64,000 bases of DNA, taken from the NCBI GenBank assembly GCA_965218975.1, contig OZ244717.1, positions 1,248,001-1,312,000 of the forward strand, read 5' to 3'. The DNA is from Candidatus Oxydemutatoraceae bacterium. Its GTDB lineage: Bacteria; Pseudomonadota; Gammaproteobacteria; Poriferisulfidales; Oxydemutatoraceae. A program made the translations under genes and the position numbers. A model generated the notes under the pieces. The model was not told where the DNA came from. It did no database searches and saw only the letters and a list, made by a program, of their open reading frames with translations. Below, one piece after another: positions 31,148-40,221 of the stretch (within the stretch, counting starts at the first letter, position 1; each line of letters opens with the position of its first letter).

Positions 31148-32062
31148 TTAATCCTTTTTCCTAATTACATCTTCTGCGATTTTAATCGTCTCTAGATGTG
31201 TTGCAGTATTAGCGCCCGTTGAGATATAGCCGGTGTTGCCCGCTTCAAAAATTGCTTTAGTAGCCTGAATTAAAACGGTATCGCGTATCTTAGGATCACT
31301 GGTTGATTCTACAAATGTTTGAAAGCAAGCAAGGCTATTAGTTCGATGCTCATTTAACGTCTGGAGATGCTTATTTGCTGTGTAATTTTTTACTGTTTGG
31401 TAGAAGATTATTAAGAGGAACGAAAATATCAACGCTTTGGTAAAAAAGGTTTGCAGCAGCATCCCAACGCCGACATTCCCGTTGGCGCCGAGAGATAAAC
31501 TACTCAATAACCACCAAAGCACAGCAATTATTCCGATCGTTACAACAACGGAAATTCCCAACCAAAGACGGGCGCTCTTCTTATTCTCTTCGGCTTGGTC
31601 ATCAAATATCCCTGTAAACTTGCTTACTCCGACCTGCGCTGCGGCTTTTTGTACTGCATCAATTTGTTTATTTAGGATAAACACCTCAAGAGGCAAGAAG
31701 AAATCAGGGGCAGAGTAAAGGTAAAGGTAAGCGTGGTTTTTTTTAATCTTCTCTATAAGTGAGTCTCTTGAACCGGGATCTATATCATGCTTCCCAGTAC
31801 TGAAAACATGCATACTTATAATAGCGTCGGCGTAATCTGTTAGGGCCTTTACAATAGCGTCGGATGGTTTTCTCAGTCGCTCGTCAACTTTCTCATCAAA
31901 AAAATCCGGTATATACTTGGAATGGCTAATAAACTCCTTAACGTAGGGGTGCACAACAGAAAAATTCAGCTCTTGCCCTTTGCGTTCAAGGGCGGCAATT
32001 TCTTCTTCACTAAAAGCGGCTAATTTTTCTAAGGATTGCTTTAATTCTTCATCTAGTGCCAT
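31148..32062 (-). CDS. Hypothetical membrane protein with two C-terminal TM helices
   Basis: 304-aa ORF with RBS GAGG; TM pair followed by H....NEHR.NSL..FQTF. Confidence 0.75.
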   Translation of the reverse strand: MALDEELKQSLEKLAAFSEEEIAALERKGQELNFSVVHPYVKEFISHSKYIPDFFDEKVDERLRKPSDAIVKALTDYADAIISMHVFSTGKHDIDPGSRDSLIEKIKKNHAYLYLYSAPDFFLPLEVFILNKQIDAVQKAAAQVGVSKFTGIFDDQAEENKKSARLWLGISVVVTIGIIAVLWWLLSSLSLGANGNVGVGMLLQTFFTKALIFSFLLIIFYQTVKNYTANKHLQTLNEHRTNSLACFQTFVESTSDPKIRDTVLIQATKAIFEAGNTGYISTGANTATHLETIKIAEDVIRKKD

Positions 32063-32425
32063 TTTACCCTCCGGAATAGTGTGAGCGCATATCAGACACG
32101 GAAATCTAAACTATTGCTACGTGTCTGAAAAGCAACTGCTTAAATACATTTTAAGCCGATGCGCTAGCCGAGATCAATAATTAGACACAGTAGTCCTTTA
32201 CTCTATTTGTACTTACGGGCGGTCGCTGAATAGCACTTGGCACACCATAATATTGTGGTTAGGCAGCAAATCTTTTAACACACAGTACCTATGATACGTT
32301 GCCGCTTGGTGGAAACGATATATACGTGTATCCACTGAATTGAGTGTAAGCGGACACACGAAATGAGGGCAAGAGACACAACTTGAGGGAAAATTAGTCC
32401 GGATGCGGGACTACCAGGGCTCTGA

Positions 32426-33157
32426 TCATTCAATTCTGTTTGTTTTTGGCCCTGCCGGAATTTCATCGTATGTGCGATTATTAAGTATTCGACCATTTCG
32501 GTGCTTTTGAACGCCACCCCATTGTTTGAAAAAGAACGATGCACCAAACGTTCTGCACTGATCCTTGATTGACAGAACCCAATCTTCTTTCATCGGTCTT
32601 GCGCCGGGCCCGGACTCTCCGCCGACAATAACCCAGTGAATACCCCTTAACGGCAGATCATCGACAGGGCCAATCAGTGGTTCGCAAGAGAGAAAACGTG
32701 TATGAGAAGGAACTTCCCGCAAATCATGGATACGCTGATAAACCCGATTGTCTTCTACGCTAACACCCATCCAGATATTTGGTGTCCACTTGAGCTTGTT
32801 CGCCAGGGATTTCAGGCGCCCGCTGCGTTTGGTGAGAATCTGGAAAATGTGTTGGGAACAATCGTTCATCGTTTTGAATGCTTGCTCGATAAATCCGGTT
32901 GGTACGTTTTGGTGGAAAATATCGCTCATGGAGTTGACGAATATCATGCGGGGTGAGCGCCATTTGCGGGGCGCATCCAATAAATCTTCGTGTAACGTTA
33001 GTTTGAAACCGTTCCGGTAGCGCTTATTTCCCATCAATTTGAGGCGACGGGACATACGTTCCGCATAGCAGTGCTTGCAGCCGGCACTGACCTTCGTGCA
33101 GCCCGTGACGGGGTTCCAAGTCATTTCAGTCCATTCGATTTTGGAGCGAGACGCCAT
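32426..33157 (-). CDS. DUF5131 / phage Gp37-Gp68 family three-Cys protein
   Basis: IEWT..TWNPVTGCTKVSAGCKHCYA, FVNSMSD.FH, VIVGGESG, FFFKQWGG. Confidence 0.93.
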   Translation of the reverse strand: MASRSKIEWTEMTWNPVTGCTKVSAGCKHCYAERMSRRLKLMGNKRYRNGFKLTLHEDLLDAPRKWRSPRMIFVNSMSDIFHQNVPTGFIEQAFKTMNDCSQHIFQILTKRSGRLKSLANKLKWTPNIWMGVSVEDNRVYQRIHDLREVPSHTRFLSCEPLIGPVDDLPLRGIHWVIVGGESGPGARPMKEDWVLSIKDQCRTFGASFFFKQWGGVQKHRNGRILNNRTYDEIPAGPKTNRIE

Positions 33158-33162
33158 CTTAA

Positions 33163-34056
33163 TTATCTACTCGCGTTTAGAACATGGTCGGCAAACCTCT
33201 TCGCCAAAGCTATTGCTTTTGGTGAAGTGCTTCCAACACAGAATATGAACTCATAGAGCGGTGAACTTCTCGAGTTTACCAATGTCTTTGATTTTTTCAT
33301 TAATCTTGAGCCAAACAGATTGCCCAGCTTGCGTTTGTATAGTTCAACGATTCCTTCAGCACCGGAATCTCTTTTATGGACTTTATTTACGCCGTCAAAC
33401 AAGGTCTGCTCTAAATTGACGGAATAGAGTTTTTTCCAACTGTAGTCACCAAAGACACGAGTTAGTTTCTGTGCGACCGGAGGTGGAATATCGTCTGGAT
33501 TTTTTGAAACAGGTAACAGTCGGCTAACTACATGCGTTGGGAAAAGGATCCAAGTATCTAGCGCTTTACACTTTGCTATCTTCTCAATAGTTGCCCATTC
33601 AACTTCTATGCCATACGGGTCCAGGAAAAGTACGCCCCGCCATTTTTTGTTGCCAGAGATTTCTTTCGAGATCTTGCGCAGACTAGCGTTGGCCTCGGCA
33701 TTAAAAACACGAACATGGCTTTCGCCTCCTTCCTTCAATCGTTTCAATTGCTCACATCGTTTATGGTCCTGTTCAATGAAAATCAGTTGATCAAACCTTT
33801 TTTTATCAATTTTTAAGGCTATTGATGCAGAACCTTCGTAGAATTCTTTCTGTTCCTCTTTGAGAACGGAGAGTAAATCAGTGTCTTTGCATTTCGGATA
33901 AATAAATCCTGACCCGGCGAATGCATCTATGTACACTAAATGAAAATGTTGTGTTTTTAACGCAGTGGTATAGGAATTAAGGTACTGCTCGAGCATATTC
34001 AGCTTCTGAATAGTCCAGGTTCCTCCCCAGGTTTCATTAGGTCTGTTCTGGCTCAT
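33163..34056 (-). CDS. tcmP: Three-Cys-motif partner protein TcmP (methyltransferase-like)
   Basis: GG.WT..KL..L..YL..Y, YIDAFAGSG, GSA, FLDPYG; adjacent to DUF5131. Confidence 0.88.
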   Translation of the reverse strand: MSQNRPNETWGGTWTIQKLNMLEQYLNSYTTALKTQHFHLVYIDAFAGSGFIYPKCKDTDLLSVLKEEQKEFYEGSASIALKIDKKRFDQLIFIEQDHKRCEQLKRLKEGGESHVRVFNAEANASLRKISKEISGNKKWRGVLFLDPYGIEVEWATIEKIAKCKALDTWILFPTHVVSRLLPVSKNPDDIPPPVAQKLTRVFGDYSWKKLYSVNLEQTLFDGVNKVHKRDSGAEGIVELYKRKLGNLFGSRLMKKSKTLVNSRSSPLYEFIFCVGSTSPKAIALAKRFADHVLNASR

Positions 34057-34116
34057 CGGTTAATTTTTTTGCTCGTTGTTATCAGTTTAGCATGAGTAAT
34101 TAGGGTGCAGTGCGGT

Positions 34117-34212
34117 TAGAAACCTTTGATGCGGTGGCCGATGTGCTGATATTGCATGTCGGTCATCTTTTTGAGTTAGGCCGTAAGTCCCATATGTATC
34201 TGGCACTATACA
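34117..34212 (-). mobile_element. Isolated left end of IS481-like element
   Basis: Reverse complement closely matches 7776-7872 (TGTATAGTGCCAGATACAT...CATCAAAGGTTTCTA). Confidence 0.8.
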
Positions 34213-34218
34213 GTTGGT

Positions 34219-34261
34219 CCCAAACAACCCTCAAAAACCCGTAGTGTACTGACATTATGCA
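34219..34261 (+). mobile_element. Decayed right end of IS481-like element
   Basis: CAAACAACCCTCAAAAACCCG..TGTACTG similar to 35481-35521. Confidence 0.55.
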
Positions 34262-34263
34262 AT

Positions 34264-34890
34264 TTATTGCACAGATCTCTGAACCATTATTATGGCTGGC
34301 ACCAGAATACAATACATAGATCCCACTATTAGAGTACCGAGAAACAGAAACACGATAAAAGCTATAGAAGAGCGCAGTTTAGATACACTGTTAAGTTTGC
34401 GTAATGTATCCCATACGAATAGTAACCAAGCCGGTGCAGATATGGTTATCACCAAAAATAATGTATTCCTAATATCAATATCTGATTTCGTCACTTTAAG
34501 GTAACTTCCGATAAAGAACCAAATTATGGTAGTGACAACGATAAAAACGCCTATAAAGTAAGCCCAAGGAACAAAAATATTTTGTAATGTTGCTTTCCCG
34601 CCAACAATAAGCCAACTCAGTTTCAGAAATAATATAGATAAAACAACGGCCAGGAGACTTTCTACAGCCTCAATCGCTAGATATTCATTGAGATCGCTAG
34701 GTCCAGGTCCAAGTAACAGTGGAAATTCAACAAGTGAAGCAATAATAATAGATAAAACGAGGAACCGGAACGCATCTTTAAATGTAGAGTCTGTACTTAT
34801 GTTTTTTGATTCTATAAAGGCATTAGGCCCAGAAAATATCGCTATAAGTTCCTTAAAGTACTTTGCAAGATAAGACAAGAGTGCAGTCAT
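34264..34890 (-). CDS. Yip1-like multi-pass membrane protein
   Basis: 208 aa, about five TM segments, P..F near N-terminus, GGKA loop. Confidence 0.65.
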   Translation of the reverse strand: MTALLSYLAKYFKELIAIFSGPNAFIESKNISTDSTFKDAFRFLVLSIIIASLVEFPLLLGPGPSDLNEYLAIEAVESLLAVVLSILFLKLSWLIVGGKATLQNIFVPWAYFIGVFIVVTTIIWFFIGSYLKVTKSDIDIRNTLFLVITISAPAWLLFVWDTLRKLNSVSKLRSSIAFIVFLFLGTLIVGSMYCILVPAIIMVQRSVQ

Positions 34891-34998
34891 AACAGCATTT
34901 TCTACAAGATACTAAACAGAGGTTCAGAGGTTGCTTCATCGACAGCTATACTGTTTGGGTGATTCTACCACGCTCTGGGAGGGGTATTGGCAAGCGGA

Positions 34999-35100
34999 TG
35001 TACGATGTCGTCCGTATGTGTGAGTGTGCCGGCAACAGATTTAGCCTCCGTCGTGTTACTAACGCCAAGAATCTTCTTCAGGATTTTGTATAACTCAATT
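34999..35100 (-). mobile_element. Decayed right end of IS481-like element
   Basis: TGTACGATG at 34999 matches the first 9 bp of the right TIR; reads ...HRT like the other ends. Confidence 0.45.
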
Positions 35101-35117
35101 GTGCTTCCGCGTTCTTC

Positions 35118-35397
35118 GCCCTTCGAGATTCCAGCAAGGCTCGGTGTACCCGAGATTGACCCCGGACGATCTTAATCCCGTGTTCGGCTGGTAATCCCCG
35201 GATCCGATCAATCGGCACCGTACGCCGGGATACCACCGAACTGTATATCTGGTACATACGCTCTCGCGCCTGTCGCGCTCCACGCTTAACCCATGCAAAA
35301 TGCATTGGCGGATGCCACAGCACTTTGCTCGGTCCGTCTTGTTTTTCTTCACAAATGGTTGCAAAAACTGCTGCACTGTTGGCCTCACCTTGTACTC
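35118..35397 (-). pseudogene. IS110 family transposase fragment (frameshifted)
   Basis: QFLQPFVKKNKTDRA and PPMHF..VK...IDRIRGLPAEHGI resemble IS110 VKPFVK.NKTD and NQIRGLLAE.G motifs. Confidence 0.7.
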
Positions 35398-35424
35398 GTA
35401 TCCTCGTAACGCTCGGTCCCGGTA

Positions 35425-35521
35425 ATGCGCACGACCGCACGCTGGTTTGGGACAACAGCCTTCATACCGGATGTTGATTTCAAACAGCCCTCAAAAGCCC
35501 GAAATGTATTGGGCACGTACT
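35425..35521 (+). mobile_element. C-terminal transposase remnant and right end of IS481-like element
   Basis: ARPHAGLGQQP...PEMYWART (RPHxxLG motif) ending CACGTAC. Confidence 0.65.
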
Positions 35522-35527
35522 ATGGAT

Positions 35528-35556
35528 TTGTCGCATGTCGTACAGTACTCTATACT
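35528..35556 (+). promoter_or_regulatory. Candidate sigma70 promoter for DUF2235 gene
   Basis: TTGTCG-N17-TATACT, RBS GAGGA downstream. Confidence 0.55.
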
Positions 35557-35591
35557 CATACACTCATAAATAACAGAGAGAGGAACGTTTA

Positions 35592-36743
35592 ATGACTGAT
35601 AAAAATGAACCCAGAACGCTGGTTTTCAGCTTTGACGGAACCGGCAATGAACCGAGTGATATGGGGCATTTTACCGAAGACGAGAGCATTACCAATATTC
35701 TGAAGTTACATATCCTGATGGGGGGCGGAATCGCAACGGATAACACCGACACAAAAACCCCTAGCGGATCTCTCCAAACCAACTACTATTACAACGGTAT
35801 CGGTACTCGGGAAGGAGGTCGGCAAATCCCGCTTTTGGGTCGTTTATGCTCGGCAGGGCGGAAGTTTATCAATATGATGCTTGCTCCCAGTTCCGGTGAT
35901 GCGAAGAGTATTCTTAACGAAGCCAAAGACGACTTTCAAAAATCATATAAAAACGGAGATAAGTTGGTCGTGTTCGGATTCAGCCGCGGCGCTGCGTTAG
36001 CGCGGAAATTTGCCAGTATTATCCTTGCCGCTAATTCAAAGGTTCGTGTGTCGTTTTTAGGGGTCTTCGATACCGTCGCGGCAATGAGCGGAATACACCG
36101 CAAAGGCGAACGTATCAGCAGCGACGTAGTTTTCGAAAACGGAACGCTAAATGAAAGAATTGAAAAGGCAGTGCATATCGTATCAATTGACGAGTACCGG
36201 GTACCGTTCACGCCGACGCTGATAAACGCAGATGAAAAGAACCCCGAACGCATTACCGAAGTCTGGTTTCCCGGCGTTCACAGCGATGTCGGGGGCGGAT
36301 ACTGGTTTGACGGTTTGTCCGATATTGCGCTTGAATTTATGATCAAGCAATGCCGCTCGGCATTGGATGATCATATTTCGATTCAAGACGGAAGAAACAT
36401 TAAAGGTGTCGGACAATTGTTAACAGATCAAGGTTCCGCTCTTGAAGGGCTGGAGGTTGATGATATCGCCGTCAGGCCTATGGCACACGGTGTGATGCAT
36501 ACGCACCACGGCTTATTATCGAAAATGCAAGACCAAGAACCGAGATCGGTGCATGTATGTGTTAACGATCGGCCCAGCCAAGACTTACCCGTGCTGCACG
36601 AGGCGGTAAAGGAACGATTTGATAAGGTGGCCAGCTACCGCCCGCCCGCCCTGCGAGGCTTGAAATTTAGATTGATGAAAGACGGCACAATCACAAAGAA
36701 TACAATACATGGTATCAGCGAATTGCGCGGATCAGTTCAGTAG
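35592..36743 (+). CDS. DUF2235 alpha/beta hydrolase (Tle1 phospholipase-like)
   Basis: FDGTGN, YY.GIGT, FGFSRGA, GVFDTV, WFPGVHSDVGG. Confidence 0.9.
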   Translation: MTDKNEPRTLVFSFDGTGNEPSDMGHFTEDESITNILKLHILMGGGIATDNTDTKTPSGSLQTNYYYNGIGTREGGRQIPLLGRLCSAGRKFINMMLAPSSGDAKSILNEAKDDFQKSYKNGDKLVVFGFSRGAALARKFASIILAANSKVRVSFLGVFDTVAAMSGIHRKGERISSDVVFENGTLNERIEKAVHIVSIDEYRVPFTPTLINADEKNPERITEVWFPGVHSDVGGGYWFDGLSDIALEFMIKQCRSALDDHISIQDGRNIKGVGQLLTDQGSALEGLEVDDIAVRPMAHGVMHTHHGLLSKMQDQEPRSVHVCVNDRPSQDLPVLHEAVKERFDKVASYRPPALRGLKFRLMKDGTITKNTIHGISELRGSVQ

Positions 36744-36989
36744 AGTCATTCAACAAACGGTCACCGAATGCTTCCGGATGATTTAACTTTTATTCTGAAA
36801 TAGGAACAGGGCCAAGACCACGGTAATAAACGATTATTGAATATATTTGCCAGCGCCCTTTGCGATAATGGAACGGGTTGTATGTAGATCAATGGCGCTA
36901 TGCAATGCCGCTCCCGTATGCATTCAAAGTGAGTCATTCGGTGCTGTATCCGAGCGCGACGACGATCGGATGTCTGATCGCAGATACTG

Positions 36990-37388
36990 CAAATCGGATG
37001 CTTACTTGGGCCGGACATCAATGGAGATGCTCTGCGCTCCATGAGGGCTCCCGGTACTGCGTACGACGGCCCGCTCATCGGAAAAGATCCTCAGCCATAC
37101 CACATGGATTATTACATGACCACTGCTACTGATCATGGAGGCATTCACATCAATTCCGGCATTCCCAATCATGCGTTCTACTTGCTATCTCAATATTTAG
37201 GCGGGTATGCCTGGGACCGTGCAAGACGAATTTGGTATGATGCAATACAGTCAATCAACAACCCTATGGCAACTTTTCACGAATGGGCGGGCAAGACTGT
37301 GGAAATGGCCTATCGGCTTTATGGCGCAGGGAGCATTGAAGTGCACTTTACAAGGTGTGCGTGGAAATTGGTCGGCATCAATGTTTGA
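36990..37388 (+). pseudogene. Protealysin-like M4 metalloprotease, C-terminal remnant
   Basis: LRSMRAPGTAYD..IGKDPQP.HM, GGIHINSGIPNHAFY; no HExxH or propeptide visible upstream. Confidence 0.85.
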
Positions 37389-37403
37389 GCGGGGGTAACG
37401 GCA

Positions 37404-37739
37404 ATGAAAATCTTTATTAAACGTTCAGGAGGACTGGCGAATATCGGACCGATTCAAGGAGAATTGGACACGGCGGAACTCATGCCGGATTTAGCTCAGG
37501 AGGTCAGCCGGTTGATCAAACTTGTCTCCTCTGGAAAAGCCGGCAAGAAAAATCTGTTCATGGCAGACGGCCAGCAAATTTCAGTTGGCTTTCGACCCTC
37601 GGACTCGGACAAGGACCCATACCTAGAATATGAAATTGATGAATCATCCGTTGATCCTGAATTGTTTGGGATATGTAATGAACTGGCTAACCAAGTAGTA
37701 AAAAACAGCTTAACAAGACGTCGCGCCGAAGCAGGTTAG
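37404..37739 (+). CDS. Emfourin-like protealysin inhibitor
   Basis: MKI...RSGGLA N-terminus and ADG motif; directly downstream of protealysin remnant. Confidence 0.75.
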   Translation: MKIFIKRSGGLANIGPIQGELDTAELMPDLAQEVSRLIKLVSSGKAGKKNLFMADGQQISVGFRPSDSDKDPYLEYEIDESSVDPELFGICNELANQVVKNSLTRRRAEAG

Positions 37740-37742
37740 GCA

Positions 37743-37932
37743 GTGCGGCCTTTCACCGTTAAGTGGCACAAGGAAAGCTTGGCAGGGGCTTTTACTGATG
37801 AAAGTAAACGGAAGGAATTCCGAGAAGAGCTAGAAATTTTGCGAAGGGAACTGCGATAACTATAATTCTATGTCGGCAGATATTGCCGGCGTGGAAGATT
37901 TAACCACTCTGGAACTAACAGAACCAAAGTAA
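37743..37932 (+). pseudogene. C-terminal remnant of an uncharacterised gene
   Basis: VRPFTVKWHKESLAGAF...ELR then frameshifted NYNSMSADIAGVEDLT; no start codon. Confidence 0.45.
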
Positions 37933-37964
37933 AGTAAAACAGACTAAAAAAGGAGCTTGGCACT

Positions 37965-39092
37965 ATGGCTGATCCAATAAAAAACATCTTTATAAGCCAT
38001 ATTCATGAGGAGGAGGATGAAGGTCTCAACAAACTCAAGAATTTGATCAAAGATAAAGAAATGATTCCCCAGGACTATTCAATCAATGAAGAGTGCATCA
38101 AGTCACGTATTCTGCAATCCGGCGCATTGATTGTTTATATCTCCCCTAAAACCAAGGAAAGCTAGATTGTCAACTGGGAAATTGAGTATGCCCACAGACA
38201 AGGTAAAAGAATTGTAGGGGTCTGGGCACAAGATGAAGCTGGCTGTGAGGTCCCGGAAGCATTGGACAAATATGCTGATGCCGTAGTTGGCTGGGCAGAT
38301 AACCGTACAGATAACCATATCATTAAAGCTATAAACGGAAGTATTGACGTCTGGGAAAATCCGAATGGCGCAAAATGCGCGCCACGGGATATTGACGGCC
38401 CGGAAAATCCGGACGGTACAAAATGCGCGCCCCACGAGATATCGAGCGATATAAATGCTAATGTGAGACTATTTTCTTATATTGTCACTGATGACTATGG
38501 CTTCGCCCCAAACCCTTTTTATGGGGTATGTACGCTGGCCACCTGCAAACCAGAAATTCGGAAAGAGGCCTCTGTCAGAGACTGGGTAATTGGTACTGGT
38601 AGCAAGCGCAAATGCAAACAAGGACGCCTCGTTTATGTTATGCGTGTGACGGAGACAATGACATTTAATGAATACTGGAAAGATGATCGGTTTCAACGAA
38701 AAAAGCCAAACTTGAGAGGAAGTTGGAAACAAGCATCTGGTGACAACATCTACTTCTGGGATGATAAGAAGTGGCAGCAACAGAAATCTTACCACGGTTG
38801 CGATGATGTTAAGCACGACACACAGACTAATAGGGTGCTGCTTAGTACGAAGAAGTATGCGTATTGGGGCGGCTCAGGGCCAAAAATACCTAAAGAGTTT
38901 CGTGACTATAACGGGGTTGATATCTGCACTGGCCGAGGTTGAAAATATAAGTTTTCTAAAGCGTTGGTCAATGACTTTCTCACTTGGTTGTGTTATCAGA
39001 TGTGTCATCTGGATAAAAAAGGCTACCTTGGTACACCCTCGGACTGGCCCTGTTGCCAAAGACCGGAAAAACGAATCGACTGTCAAGGGTGA
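37965..39092 (+). pseudogene. TIR-like (DUF1863/ThsB-type) domain fused in frame to Nmad2 domain, interrupted by TAG 38163-38165 and TGA 38940-38942
   Basis: NIFISH, LIVYISPKT, VNWEIEYA..GKRIVGVW; SYIV.DDYGFAPNPFYG.CTLATCKP.IR; one continuous frame. Confidence 0.8.
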
Positions 39093-39171
39093 GTTGCTTT
39101 TACGCAACTATATACGAGAAACCGAGCCGACAGACAGCTGACTCCCTAAGGATGATCTGCGCCCGGTTCTT

Positions 39172-40218
39172 ATGGAACTGTTTGGTGAAGTCGGCAGTAT
39201 TATGACAACTGCTAAGAAACACATCCTGGAAAATAAGGCTTACTCCGGATATCGGCAAGCGACGGAGGAAGAATTTGGTGACACGCTTTGGTACTTCACA
39301 GCGTTGTGCCGACGTCTCGGCACGAGTGTTGACACTATTTTTTCTGAAACAGTGGACCAAGATAGCTATAGAAAGTGTCTTGGTGCAAGCGATTCGCCAG
39401 GTAGTACAGTTTCTTACATATTTTCCATTGATGAACTACCCACTCCCGATAAGACGCTACTTAATTTGGGGGAAGCAACTGCGGCATTATTTGGTATAAA
39501 GAGCCTGAATGAGCAGACATATAATTTGCTGCGGACATTCTCGGACTGTTATTTACAAGCACTTCAGGCGATAAACCTAAGTTTTTCAAAGATCGCTCGT
39601 ATGAACATCAAGAAGACACATGGGCGGTTCCTTAATCCTGACGTGACAAAACTGCCAACATTCGATAGCGAATTTTCAGAGGAAGAAAGGCTTCCTTGGT
39701 GTTTTGAAATCAAGATTACACAACGGGCAAGTGGTCAATGTTATTTGCAATGGAATGGTGTATTTATCGGCGGCCCGTTAACAGACAACCTTCTTGATCC
39801 GGACGGCTATCGATTTCATGATGTGTTTCACTTTGCGCATGCCGCTATTCTTCACTGGTCTCCTACTTTTCGTGGCCTGATAAAGCAGAAGCGAAAGAGT
39901 AATCCGAAGATTGATGAGGCTGAGGATGGTGGTAGGGCAATTGTCGTTGAGGAAGGACTTACTGCATGGATATTTTCACGCGCCAAACAGCTCAATTTTT
40001 TTGAGGGACATAACAGTATCTCCTTTGATTTGCTTAAGACCGTGGAGCAGTTTGTACAGGGATACGAAGTGGAAAGCTGTTCTCTGAGGCTATGGGAAGA
40101 ATCTATCCTGAAAGGATACGAGGTCTTTAGACAGGTACGGGATAACAATGGTGGGATTGTGGTTGGAAATCGAGGGGCCCGTACTATTGAGTATAAGTCA
40201 ATAGATGAGAAAGAGTAA
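39172..40218 (+). CDS. MazG-like nucleotide pyrophosphohydrolase with MazG_C domain (N-terminus separated by in-frame TGA 39139-39141)
   Basis: LFGEVGS, EEFGDTLWY, DGYRFHDVFH, KRKSNP.IDE.EDGGRAIVVEEG. Confidence 0.85.
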   Translation: MELFGEVGSIMTTAKKHILENKAYSGYRQATEEEFGDTLWYFTALCRRLGTSVDTIFSETVDQDSYRKCLGASDSPGSTVSYIFSIDELPTPDKTLLNLGEATAALFGIKSLNEQTYNLLRTFSDCYLQALQAINLSFSKIARMNIKKTHGRFLNPDVTKLPTFDSEFSEEERLPWCFEIKITQRASGQCYLQWNGVFIGGPLTDNLLDPDGYRFHDVFHFAHAAILHWSPTFRGLIKQKRKSNPKIDEAEDGGRAIVVEEGLTAWIFSRAKQLNFFEGHNSISFDLLKTVEQFVQGYEVESCSLRLWEESILKGYEVFRQVRDNNGGIVVGNRGARTIEYKSIDEKE

Positions 40219-40221
40219 GAC

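Noticed and set aside
32239-32259. NrdR-box-like palindrome, with a similar motif near 41302-41322
   Set aside because: Single imperfect matches in AT-rich DNA; cannot be supported without a PWM scan.
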